Source of the DNA: Euglena gracilis
Lineage: Eukaryota
Length of the DNA: 64,000 nucleotides
Direction of reading: 5' to 3'
Assembly (NCBI GenBank): GCA_039621445.1
Contig: CP154954.1
Coordinates: 15,395,805-15,459,804, forward strand
In this document: positions 13,368 to 24,800 of the stretch, one piece after another
Layout: every line of letters starts with the position of its first letter
How positions within the stretch are numbered: position 1 is the first letter of the stretch
Position numbers and translations under genes: made by a program
The notes under the pieces: generated by a model
What the model saw: the letters and a program-made list of their open reading frames with translations, nothing else
Told to the model about the DNA's origin: nothing
Database searches by the model: none

Positions 13368-16300
13368 CTCAGGGGTCTTTGTGGTGTGTCACCGGGGGGC
13401 CAGAGAATGCCTTATCTAAGGGTATGTGCCTTGGCCGGACCAGCCAGGGCCTAAAAAAAACGACCAGGGGGGAGACAGGTGTATTTGTGTGGAAAGGCAT
13501 CCCAGAGTCCAAGGCACCCCGGTGCCGACATGCTGGGAACAGCTGCCGGGGGAGCGCCGTTCCTCATCAAATCCCGTCGTAACCTGTCACTGTGGTTGTT
13601 GTTTTGCCCCGACCTGCTCCCGCCTTCTTCGGAAGGGCATCGCTCATGGACTCGCTTCATGGATCAAGTGCACAGTGCATATACCTTCACCACAAGTGTC
13701 TCAATGGTGAAACAATCGGCATCTCTTTCGCAATCTCGCTCGTTTCTTGTGTTCAAATGTCTGTGTCTGGGTTTTTGATGTCGTAAACCTTGCCCGAAAG
13801 AGACAAAAACAGGGTCAGCTTCAAAACACCCAGAGACGACAGACAATTTAATCACCCCCCTCGGTCTGAGCATCTCAAAGCGAACCCCTGGTCCAGTTTT
13901 TCGAGGTCATCTTTCTGAAAGTTTTCCGTACATTTTCTGTGCAGATGAGGAGCAGTTGGAATGCCAAAATTTCATTGTGGCTGGGAGGTGTACCAGGTGT
14001 ACCAACTAGCAAACCCCCCCCTCCCCCATTGACGCGAGTGCAGTTTCCATATTTTCCAGGGAGATATCACAATTGGGTGAATTTTTGGCTGTGCCCCACC
14101 CCCCACCCACTGGACCATGTGCTTAGTCGGGTGCCTACCCCATCCGACCCCCCTCCCTGGGGGGAGGGTTTTGGGGAGGTGCCTGCCCATAGCAGGCACC
14201 CCCTCCGACCCCGGCGCCAAAGGCGCCAGGGGCCTGGAAAAGGCCATTTTAAATGACAATTTTCTTGGTCCCCCGGACCCCCCCGGGGAGGCAGGCACCC
14301 CCCCCCCCCGGTCGGTAAGCACAGGCCTGGTCTACTCATGTCCTATTTTGAATACCAGCCGACCAAGGCCCATGCCCGACTGGCCGGCCTCAGGCAGGAG
14401 GAGGTGCGGTGCGTCCCTTCCTATCCCTATACGTATTGCTCCACCCTCGATGTCCCGCCGTGCGGCCGCGTGCGAAGCCTGTTTTTCCCTATCGATTGGT
14501 ATGCGCGGTTTGGGCCAACTCCGCTGGGCCCGAGATATGGTCGTTTTGTGGTTTTGGGCCAGTTTTGCCAGTTTTGCCCATTTCAGGTCTATTCGGGCCA
14601 GAAACTGTAAATTGGCCATATCTCGGGCTAAACATCTGATTCAATCGAGGCTGATGCAATTCTGCCTGCCGTTATTTGACGGTGATCCTCTGGTGGGACA
14701 GCCAAATCAGTTTTGAAATGGACAGCGAGCGAAACTATGAAAACACAGGTATTTCGGCGGTTACAAATGTGGGGGTATTTTCCATGCAGCATTGGAAACA
14801 TTGGAAACAGTTGAAACAGAGATGCTTTGGTCCAAACAACAGAATTTTCATTCACCCCCCCCCCCCGGGCTTGGTGCTGGACGTGGCGGCTTCTTTCCCA
14901 TTCCTATATTCCTGAAGGGAATATTGGCCCTGGTTTGGTGAGGAGGGCTGTGGTGTCGATGTGAATAGGGTTCATAAGTTATGGCTTAATGTGTTTGAAA
15001 GAGTTCACAGATGGATCCCCGTTTATTTTATTAAGGGGATCCTCACAACATACTTTCCTAGATTTCATCTCCATTCATTCCTAATGGTGCAATGGTGTGT
15101 CTCCTCGGAGGCTTTCGCAGCACGTTGCCGACTCTCCACAGCCCGATTCTCCCATCTGAGATGTTGAGATGTGAGGCCAGCGTAGAACATGTGGACCAGA
15201 GTTTGATATCAGTGACATAAGGAGGGAGTCCCGGCTTCAGGTGGGGGCAGCCACCCCATACCATTTTTTGATGTATTTCTGACCCCACATCATTGATTCA
15301 TTTAAGACTCGTGTGACCCACTCCCCGGGGGGATTTCCAGAGTTGGTGGGTGGGTTGGAACCGCTGGACCCACCCCCCCTCCGGGTGCACCATCGGGTGT
15401 GTGGGGCATATAGATCCACTTGTGACCCCTTTGGGGGAACTTTTCCCAGGCCAAGCTCACACCCTTTTTTTGCTCGAAGAAACCCCCCCCCCCCCCCCCC
15501 GACCTCCCCCCCCCCCCGGGAGTCAATCCACCCACCCACCACCCACCCACCCAAAACCCACCCGAAATAAGCCGAAATATCTGGGATGGTCTCTTCCATG
15601 TGACTGACTGATTATTGGCCCCCCCCCTCCGAAGTGGGTTTCGGCCAGGACTGGCCAACAGCGCCCCCCCCCCCCCGGCGTCTTTCGGATTTCATTTGAC
15701 TACGGCCCAAAGTCTATTGATTTTGAGCCATTTTGGCTAAAAGTGGAGGCCCCTTCCCCCTGGTCGGCGTCGGAAGTGAGCGACTGCTTTTCGAAAGTGA
15801 GTTTTTTTTTTTGAAAGTGGAAAGTGACCATATGGTATTCCCCCTGACCGAGGGGGAGGGGCGACTCCCCCCACCTGCCTCACATCAAACCCTGATGCCG
15901 ACCCTTTGGGCCACCGGGCCCCAGCAGGCCTCCCGGGCCGACCCGGGGCAAGGCCTGCCGGGAAAAGGGGCAGCATCTCCCGTCGTGACTCTTGGCTGCC
16001 ACCCCGCCTGGCCGTCAAGAGTTGTCGTGCGCCGGACCACAACGCAAGCATGCCTGCCGGGGTTGATTGTTCCTGAGAGTCATTTCCCAACACCGAGTCA
16101 TTTAGGGTGAAGTAAAATGTAAATGTCCCTTGCTCGAATCAGGGACGTCACATTGTATTATTTTTTTTGAAATTGCTTTGCATGATTTCGTTTTTGTTTC
16201 AGTTTTCTGCGAAGTTAATAAAAATATGTGTGCACCTCAAATGTTTCCTCCTGATTGTGGTGCACCCATGGTGCAGCATGGTGCAAACAACCCGGTGTCA

Positions 16301-16619
16301 TTTACCGTGGTTTGTTTTGCATTTCAAGCAGTGCCGATGGTGTGTTCATGGTAATACGGTTATTGGTGCTCAAGGGTTATAAGTTCAGGCTTAGTGTGCA
16401 CCCAGAAGGGGTCCAAAAAATGCTGACCTTGCTGCAAGCGAAGTATATAAGGTACTTTGAGAATTTTTATGATTTTTTTTGAAATCCAAAAGTTATCACT
16501 CGAATCCTGTCACTTTTTATTCCCTCCTTTTTTCTGTGACTTTTGGCACATTTTGGTTGTTTCTTCATCATTTTCCCCTTTGGGGAGCCCGAGGGAGGGA
16601 TAAAAAACAACGGGGAAAT

Positions 16620-16762
16620 ATAATATTATATATTATGTGTGATATATATTATCATGTATGTATAGTATATTTCCATTATATATATCATATATATATATCA
16701 TATATATGTATATATTATAAATATTAACCAAATAATATATATAAAATTACCATTAATATAAA
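16620..16762. repeat. Degenerate (TA)n / AT-rich tract
   Basis: Directly visible low-complexity TATA run. Confidence 0.8.
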
Positions 16763-17278
16763 TGGGGGTTTAAACCCGTTTGTTCTGGATGGTGGGGCTG
16801 GGATAAGAAAACAAGGATGTTTCCATGGTGTTATGTCTTGCACGAAAGAGCGGAGGGAAAGGTGTTGCAATTTGCATTGGTGTCCGCATCCAGTTGCCCG
16901 AGGTTAGCACCGCAGCTGTAAGTTCATCAACACCCGCTGCCCCGTGTTCCGGTTTAATCTCAGATTCGACAACACTTCCGGACCTTTTCCTGTCCCCCTC
17001 CCCCTCCAAAAGGTGCGGGCAAGCACCTTTGTTGTCCCCAAAAGTCTCTCCTCCCTCCCACCTGCTGTCCACCACAGCCCCAAGTTGCTGCTCATATCGT
17101 CAGTATGGCCGTGATGCTTGCACAGCAACAGCTGTGCAGTTTTATGTTCGGTGTTGACCATTTTTTGAGGTCCGAAAAGTCAAGTCAAGAAAATGGTCAA
17201 AAAAGGAATCAAATCAAAGAAATTCGGACATCAAGAAAAATGCTTCTTCTTCTCTTCCCGGGGCCAATTTTCGCTTCG

Positions 17279-17348
17279 GACACCTCGGGCCCGCTGCGGG
17301 CTCAACATTTTTCCCGGGCTCGCCAGCGGTTTGTTTTGCGGATTGTGA
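17279..17348 (+). mobile_element. Remnant left end of an older B-like DIRS element (B0)
   Basis: Starts GACACCTCGGGC. GCTCGCCAGCGG...GCGGATTGT matches the B left ITR (compare 17422-17447). Confidence 0.5.
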
Positions 17349-17536
17349 CCTGCTGGCAAACCGCAAAAGGAAGGAAGGGACACCTCGGGCTCCGCACTTT
17401 GCCCTTGTGAGGCCATGCCTTGCTCGCCGGCGGTGCTGTGCGGATTGTTCTGGTGCGCTTTGGTTAGGAGGTCCCGCTTTCGGACTCCCACGACAGAGGA
17501 AGGGGGAGGAAGGGACCAAGAGGGCGAAGCACAAGA

Positions 17537-17636
17537 AGATGGTGAGGTCCTGCTTTCCTTGCCGGCTGTTCTGTTCTGGTGTGTTTGTGCGTGCGCGGGG
17601 GGTGCCTCTTACTGCGCCTTTGTTGCCGGAGTTGGC
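17537..17636. repeat. Right ITR of element A (inverted partner 21974-22072)
   Basis: ~100-bp near-perfect inverted match: AGATGGTGAGG...GGAGTTGGC versus GCCAACTCC...CCTCACCATCT. Confidence 0.93.
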
Positions 17637-20600
17637 GATGATGAGGCCTCCTCCGACACCTTGGCGAAGCTGAACCGCCGTGGCCCCGCCCCCCTCCTCT
17701 CCCATGGTCGCTTGGTGGGGGCCCCCCCCCCTGATGGGGATGGTGGTCTCTTTCTGTGTTTCTGGGTGGGTGGTTGGGGCTGCTTGGTCGGGGGTCCCCT
17801 TTCTGGTTGGGATGTCTTTCGTTTTCTGCTGATTTTTTGGGTGGGAGGGTTGGGCTCACCATCTTCTTGTGCTTCGCCCTCTTGGTCCCTTCCTCCCCCT
17901 TCCTCTGTCGTGGGAGTCCGAGACCACTCGGGCTCCGCACTGCGAGATGGTGAGGTACTGTGCACCCCCCTTTGGGCCATAATATTTTGAATTTTTGATA
18001 CGACCCCAAGTCGCAAATAATGGGCTTGGAAGGCCCCAAAATTTTTCCACTGACCCAGCTGCTGGACTTCTTCCACTTGCAAACCAGCATTTTTCCACCA
18101 TAAGACCCCAGCCCCTCTGGTGCTGTGGGGTTTCCAATGGGTGGTGTCCACCCCCCCCTCTTGCAGAATTTCTTTGGTAAGGGAATTCACCCTTTCTGAT
18201 GTCAAAGGTCTTTTACCATCCAAAGACCATAACAAATTATTTTTGTGTCCAACCATGTGGGCTGTCCTTTCCACATATTCTTTCAATAAATGCCAGGGGC
18301 TGATGAGGGGGGTGTGTGGCAAATTCAAAATCTCCTCCCATCTTGGGAATTGCCACCCTTTCCTTTGCAATAAAATGAAAATTTTTTCTCACACGAAACT
18401 GATTTTTCGCTGGGTTCTGGCTAAATCAACCCCCCTGTGGAGGGCTAACAGCCTCCAACAGATGATGAGTCTGTTTCTGAGCTCTTTCACAGACAGGTCT
18501 GAGAGGGGTTTGGATTTCCTGATGATGTTTTCTAAGAAATCAGTGGGGTCCCAGAAATGGGCATACTTGCAGACATTGGAATTCCACTTCCTTTTCAATG
18601 GAGACAAAAGAGGGGAAAACCTCAATGACCCAAACCCTGGGAGTAATAAAACTGCTGCATATGCATTTCGTGCAGTGTTGAGGCTGTGGGCAGCCAAATC
18701 AAGGATGGCCTCGGCCATCTTGTGGACTGTGCAGTCCTGCAGGGGCACCCCTTTGTGCAACAATTGGCCCACCAATGTCCTGAAGGCTGAATCATATCTT
18801 TTGACATTTCCCAGATTTTTTATGTAAGTGTCGATACTGGACATCGAAACTTCCTGGGATTGTAATATTTGCCTGACACAATCAAGCAGGCCAATTTCCA
18901 CCTTGGGGGGGGGCATCTCCTCCCCCCAGCAGTTGGTGAATAGACCCCATTGGGGGGGTACCAACAAAACTTTGCTGCCTGGCTTTCTGATTGCCATTAA
19001 TTGGCGCCACCATGATGTTGAAGCCCAGTGGGGTACGATCAACAGACAAGTCAGGTCTGGGTTTACCATTAATCTCTGAACCCATTGGGGAATGATGCTC
19101 CAGGGGGGGTTTGCATAAACTGGGGGGAGGCCCCTCAAATCTGCCTTCAAGGCATCCACCAGCAAAGCCCCTTGGTGGGGGTATCGACAAACAAACTTGG
19201 GGAATTTTTTGTTGCTGGGTGTGCAAAACATGTCCACCTCTGGGGTGATGTCCTGTCTGAAAAATTTCAGGATTTGGTGAAAGATATGTAGGTTTAGGGT
19301 ATAATCCCCTGGGTCCTTTTGCTCCCTGGTCAGGGAGTCTGCCAATTGCTCTTTTGTGGGAACCCAAACCACCTGCAAATTGATTTGCTTTTCTTGGCAA
19401 TGATACAGCAGGGGTTTTAAAAATGCAATTTAGGTAGGGCTTTTTGCCTCCCCATTTTGTTAGATAACTTACAGCCACTTGGCTGTCCACATGAAGCATT
19501 ATGGTTTGTTTTGGTTTTGCCAGACTTTTTACTGTCTCCACTGCTGACATCAATTCTTTTTGGTTGATGTGAAGGATGTGCAGGTCCCTCCAAAAATCCT
19601 GCACTTTTTGGCCTGAGTTTTTGTCCAGCCCCCCCCACTGCCAGGTGCTGCTGTCTGAAAACAGATCCCGAGAGGCCTGGGATTGAAAGGCTCTGCCCAC
19701 ACCTGGCTGCAAAAACGCTTTTAACTCCACAATTTGATCTTTGACCCCTTGGGGAATGGTTAGGGTGTGGTCCCAACCCCACTTTGTGTGCAAATCCACC
19801 ATTTTGCAAAGTTGATCTGTCAGAATTCTGAGAAATGGCATGGAGACTAAATAGCTTCTGACTTGCCCCACAATAGAGCTGAGTTTTCTGCAGCTCATTT
19901 TTTGTGCTGTGAGCACTTTTCCCAGCTCCTTTCTTAAGGATTTTAATTTTTCCTGTGGGATTTCCAGCTGGCCCTTTTTCAAATTGACCCACTGGCCCAA
20001 ATGTTTTATTTCCTGTGTGGGTTCCAGACAGGATTTGGGGAGGTTTAATCTGAAACCTGCCAATAAAAGGTCCTGCTTTATTTCTGCCAAATGTTGGGCT
20101 GCAGTCTTTTTGCTGGGGGCTAACAGCAAAATGTCGTCTAGGTAGATGAAAACTACCTTTCCCTCCTTTCTCCACTTCCTTTCCCAGACTCTCATGAGAG
20201 TCATAAACTTTTGTGGCAGGCTGCTTATACCAAAACATGCAGCTTGAAACTGCCAAGTTTCCCCCCCCACTTGCATGCAGACATGTTTTTCCAGGCTGCT
20301 GTGCAGTTTTAGGTGAAAATAAGCATCTTTCAGATCTATTTTTCCACAGAACCATCCTTTTCTTAGGTATGGGAAAATGTTTCCCATGTGTTCCAGCCTG
20401 AACTTCTGGGGGGTGAAATAGTGATTTAACTGTCGACAATCTGAAATCAGTCTTTCCTTGGTCTTTTCCCCTTCTTTTTTGGAAATTATGAAGTAAGGGA
20501 CAAAATGTTTTGCCTCCTCTGGGGGGATTTGCCTGGTTGCCCCTGCACATTCGTATTCTCTCAGAATTTTTTGGGCAGTCATTACTTCCTGGGGAGTTTT

Positions 20601-21297
20601 GAAGGGAACTTTTAAGGACATTTGAGGGGGGAGGGGAAGATCTGCCATAACTCCCTCCCTTATCAGGTTTAATACCTCTCTGCTGGCTCCTGCCTTGACC
20701 CAATGGGGGATGCTGGTCTGCAGGGCTTTGTAAGGGGGTACCCCTGGGTGTAATGTGTCTGGGGACTCCACAGGCCCCATCACTGGGGTCACCCCTGGTT
20801 GCCCCATCACTGGGGCTGTAGCTGGCCCTGCCATAGGGCTTTCCAAAGACAGGCTTTCCCCCTGTTTGTGAATGATGGGGGAAGGTCTGTGCCTGAAATG
20901 AGGGGGTATATACAAGGCTGGGCTGATTATCTTCTGGGGGGGGCCTGTCTGAGCCAATCTTGGGCCTCCCCCCCAAGGGCTGATGTGGTGATTGCCTTGG
21001 CCACCATTTGCCTTCTGGCCTCCCCTGGCACTCAGGCCTGCTTGGCCACCATTTGCCTTCTGGCCTCCCTTGGCTCTCAGGCTTGCTTGGCCTCCATTGG
21101 CCTTTTCTCTGGGACTGTCTCTTCTCTGTCCCTCTTGATTTCCCATAAAGGCCACCATGGCCTGTTCTTGGCATTGGCTTGCCACTCCTGGGGGGTTTGT
21201 GTCTGAAATTGCTGGGGGGAAAGTTGGACACACCTTTCCCCAATGGGCTCTTTCCAGGTTGGGGTACTGGCTGCCATAGCCTGTCCCCTGGGCCCAC
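17609..21297 (-). CDS. Tyrosine recombinase ORF of element A (reconstructed; YR domain ~17990-18900; long N-terminal part overlaps RT)
   Basis: Catalytic motifs LALHRGVDL (R), HSTR, LGQW, FQAHY. ORFs 18389..19378 and 17609..18370 share a frame, split by one TGA. They join ORF 19417..21297 after removing two 1-bp insertions (~19420, ~18910). Confidence 0.85.
17855..17955. repeat. Internal complementary region (ICR) of element A
   Basis: Reverse complement of the outer right end (17480-17546) joined to the reverse complement of the outer left end (22062-22095). Junction ...GGGAGTCCGA|GACCACTCGG... at 17921/17922. Confidence 0.93.
18820..21233 (-). CDS. Reverse transcriptase - RNase H - adenine-methyltransferase-like polyprotein of element A (two 1-bp frameshifts)
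   Basis: RT: KIDLKDAYFH, CFG, FIYLDD. RNase H: FSDSS, HINQKEL, HVDSQVA, LADSLTR. MT: VDMFCT...VYANPPW. Predicted end PPPRWKLACLIVSGKYY...* resembles the B copies (PPPRWPLVCMISS). Confidence 0.92.
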
Positions 21298-21841
21298 TGC
21301 CCTCTTGATTAATGGCTTCCATAGCCTTGAATTTGGACCCCAGGTCCTTTTTGTTGATGGCTGCCATAGCCATGATAATTTGAATCCTTTGGATTTGTTG
21401 AAAGGCTGTCATAGCCTTTGTCTTGACCCCTGGAAGGGGGTGGACATAGAAAAGGGGGGTTGAGTCTGTTGGACCTGTGATGGTATTCCCCTTCTGTCTT
21501 CTCTTCCTGACCACAGTTGTCCATGGTCCATGGCCATTCTCATGTTGAGAGGGGGATTTGAAAATCTCAGAAGCCTTGGGGGGTGGGGGGGTTGCGATGG
21601 CCACGGACTGGCTAGTTGCTGCCGCCCCTCCAGCTTCTGCAGCTGCTGCTGTGACTCCACCTTCCCCAGCTTCAGCTGACTTCTTGAAAGTTCTTTGCAG
21701 TTCTTCTTGAGATTCAGAGTTTCTTTGAAATTCATTCTTCATGGAAATCCAGTTGTCGATATCTGTTGTGTTTCTTGTTCTTCTTTCTTGAATTTCTTCC
21801 AGTTCCAGTTGAATTCTTCCTGCAGGAAGTTGAAGTTCCAC
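21077..21841 (-). CDS. ORF1 / putative gag-like protein of element A
   Basis: First ORF after the left ITR, with a coiled-coil-like N-terminus. Motif (N/D)GHGPWxTVV is shared with B-family ORF1. Confidence 0.6.
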   Translation of the reverse strand: MELQLPAGRIQLELEEIQERRTRNTTDIDNWISMKNEFQRNSESQEELQRTFKKSAEAGEGGVTAAAAEAGGAAATSQSVAIATPPPPKASEIFKSPSQHENGHGPWTTVVRKRRQKGNTITGPTDSTPLFYVHPLPGVKTKAMTAFQQIQRIQIIMAMAAINKKDLGSKFKAMEAINQEGSGPRGQAMAASTPTWKEPIGERCVQLSPQQFQTQTPQEWQANAKNRPWWPLWEIKRDREETVPEKRPMEAKQA

Positions 21842-24800
21842 AGAAAGTTCGGTCCACCAGTTGGTAAGAGTATTGGTTCTCGGGAAGGTAGAACTCCTCG
21901 AAAAACGATTCCACTTGAACTCGTAGTAGTAAAACTCTTTCTCCTTGAGGTCGAAGGGCAGAAATAGGAATCAGCCAACTCCGGCAACAAAAAGCAGTAA
22001 GAAGCACCCCCCGCGCACGCACAAACACACCAGAACAGAACAGCCGGCAAGGAAAGCAGGACCTCACCATCTCGCAGTGCGGAGCCCGAGTGGTCAGTGC
22101 CTTTTTTTCGCCGGAGTTGGCTGATTCCTAATTTGCCCTTCAACACCCAGAAGACAGGAACTTCAAATACCTCACCAATTGAGAAAAGAAGAAGACAATC
22201 AATCCACTCAAATTATCAAGAAAGTCACGGTCGCGCAGAACTTCAAATCAAAAGTTGTTGATTTTTTCGAAAGAATTCAATGAAAGATGCAACTTCAAAG
22301 AAGCAAAGCCCTGGAGTACTTCAAGAGGGAGAAGCAGCAACAGCTGGACAACCTGAAGGCGCGGGTCAACTGTGGCGAGCCGTGGTTGCCCCTACCCGAA
22401 AAAGAAATTTCCCCCACAGAAAATTCCAGAACTCAAACCCTGCAAAGTGATGGCCACGGACCCTGGCAGACAGTGGTCGGAAGACCCTGAACGGGAAAGA
22501 AACAACGACCAGCAGGCCACTACGGCCACTGGAGCCAGGGCCATTGCGGCCAAAATTCTGCCAGTTCCACCAATACCTTGTTCAAGCTGGGCCATGGCGG
22601 CCACAATAGCAAGCTGGGCAATGGCGGCCACAATAGCAAGCTGGGCCATGGCGGCCAAAACAGCAATGGCCATGGCGGCCGATGGAACAAAGGCCAGGGT
22701 GGCCAACAATGCCAAGGCCAGGGTGACCAATTCCACAAACAGAGGCCCAGTGGCAGGGGCAGGACAGGTCAACAACACCCCAATCATTTCTTCATCTCAA
22801 ACCCCATCAGGGGTACAGGATGGGCCGCCAGTGGTCCCCCAAGATTTTCAATGGGCATGGAACCCAACATCCAAAAGAAGTTAATGGGGACTATCAAAAT
22901 TTTAAGAGTGGAGCCAACATCAAGAGGGCCAGGGGGCCAGATTTATCATCAACAACATCAACAATTTCAAGGCCTCTGGGGCCATCAATTATCAGAAGGG
23001 GAAAAACCCCAGAATCTAACAGGCTGTCCCCCAGCAGGGGGTTTCAATGTCCGGTGGCAGCCCCAGGAGGATGCCCCCAAAGGGGCAGTGGAGGACAAGG
23101 GGGCAACCCCCCCTCTACATTTTCTGTCAGTGCCCATGGCAGGGGCAAACCAAAACAAGCGGGAGACCCAAAAAGGGGCCCCTATGGTATGTCAATCGAC
23201 AACACCAATGACAAAGTGGAGGATCAGAGAACCTGTGAGAAGAGCATGCACCCCCCCCCCAGTCACCTTTGGAGAATGCTCAATCCCCAGGGGCACCAGC
23301 GGTGCAATGTCAAAAACCCCCCACCCAGCACCCAGAAAATCAGCTAGTTGGGAAAATACATTCCATGGAGGAGAATTGGGAGACACCCCTTGTACCAGAG
23401 ACTTCAAAAAAAGACTAAAATGGTGGACAAAAAATGCCTCCCCAGCAACATGTCAATTGAAAAAAAAATGTAATTCAACCACCCTGGGTGAATCCCCCAA
23501 AATTGTCCACCCACCCAAAACCCAGGGCCAACCTGGACATGAACCAGACAGAAAAAATTCTGCTGGATTACAAAAAAATGGGGTCAGTGAAATGAGTTTG
23601 GGATTCAGAAACCCAGTATTTGATCGCATGGTTTTTAATTTCAAAACCAGAAGGGGGAACAACCAAATGGATAATCATCAGCGACTGCAGAGAAAAAAAA
23701 AGCAGTTTCAAGTAAAACCTTTCAAGCTGGATGATATTTGGAAAAAGGCCACTGGGCAGCAAAAATAGACCGAAAGGATGCCTGTTTTCATATTCCAGTA
23801 AGTCCAGGCCTCAGGCCATTTTTAAGGCATCAGGTAGGGGGGCAGTCCTGGGAATTTCAAAGAGGCTGATTTGGGCTAAATGTAATGCCCCAAATTTTAA
23901 TGTCAGTGATGAAATCATTAGAAAAGCTGTGGAGAAAAAGGGGCATCCAGGTGTTTATTTACCTGGACGACATTCTGCTGGTGGCCCCCACCCAAATCAA
24001 TTTACAAAGTCACCTGAAAACAGTTGTCAAAGATTTGCTGGATTCTGGGTTCAAAATCAATGTGAAAAAGTCTACCCTGCAGCCCACCCAAGTGGTAACC
24101 CATCTGGTTTTTCAACTGAACTTCCAGGAAGGAAAACTACAGGTCCCCCCAGAAAGTCAAAAACATAAAAAAGGAGCTGGGAAAATTGTGAAAAAAGATT
24201 ACATGTCAAAAAGGCAAATGGCCGCCATTTTGAGACAAATAAGGTGCAAACTAATGGGCCTGCCCTTTTTAAGGGCTTTTACGGACACCCTGGCAAATTT
24301 TTTGGTGGCAAAGGCCACAGCCCCCTGGGTGGATCTTTACGCAAACCCCCCCTGGTCAATAATTCAACAATTTCTACCCAGGTTGAAAATTTTCCCCCAA
24401 ACCAAAGTTTTGATGGTCACCTCCTACTGGGATCCAGCCACCTGGTGGGCACAATTAATAAAAATGAAAGTTCCAGGGACCCCCGCCTGAAAATCACCCC
24501 CTACAGGGGCATGTTCACCAACTGCAGGGGGGAGCAAATGCCACCGCCCAGGTGGCCCCTGGTTTGCATGATTTCCTCCAGAAAATTGTGGAGGAGAAAC
24601 AAATTAAGGTTGAGACCATAAAAAAATGATTTTCTGGGAATAAACCCCAGCTTAAAACGTTATCAGAGTGCTTGTGCACTTCTGTGGGTAATTTTGGAAC
24701 ACATGGGCGTCCCCTCCCCCTGAAGCCACCAAAGACCAATTGGCTGACGCTTTAATACAATTATTACAATTTTCTAAGGCCCAAGCCCGTAATGCCTACA

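Larger units (their letters stand above)
17480..22095 (-). mobile_element. DIRS1-like tyrosine-recombinase retrotransposon A, full length (4616 bp), near intact
   Basis: Removing it rejoins B1 as GGTCCCGCTT|AGTGCC, the sequence seen in B2-B4. ITRs, ICR, gag, RT/RH/MT and YR are all present. No TSD. Confidence 0.96.

Noticed and set aside
16770-17160. 3' end of another REL non-LTR element (RYEQ...ETFG)
   Set aside because: Only a faint motif resemblance. No RT, zinc finger or PD motif.
18389-18391. Programmed TGA readthrough or alternative genetic code in YR
   Set aside because: A single stop is most simply a nonsense mutation. There is no recurrent pattern elsewhere.
18389-19378. Novel methyltransferase-recombinase fusion protein
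   Set aside because: The join is at a G homopolymer (~18905-18913). The B-like MT ending (RWKLACL) is in the adjacent frame, so a 1-bp indel or sequencing error is more likely.
22372-22884. Ala-rich repeat protein and its antisense hydrophobic ORFs (also at 26291, 30575, 34877)
   Set aside because: By-products of a 24-bp triplicated repeat in the degenerate ORF1 region of the B elements, not separate genes.
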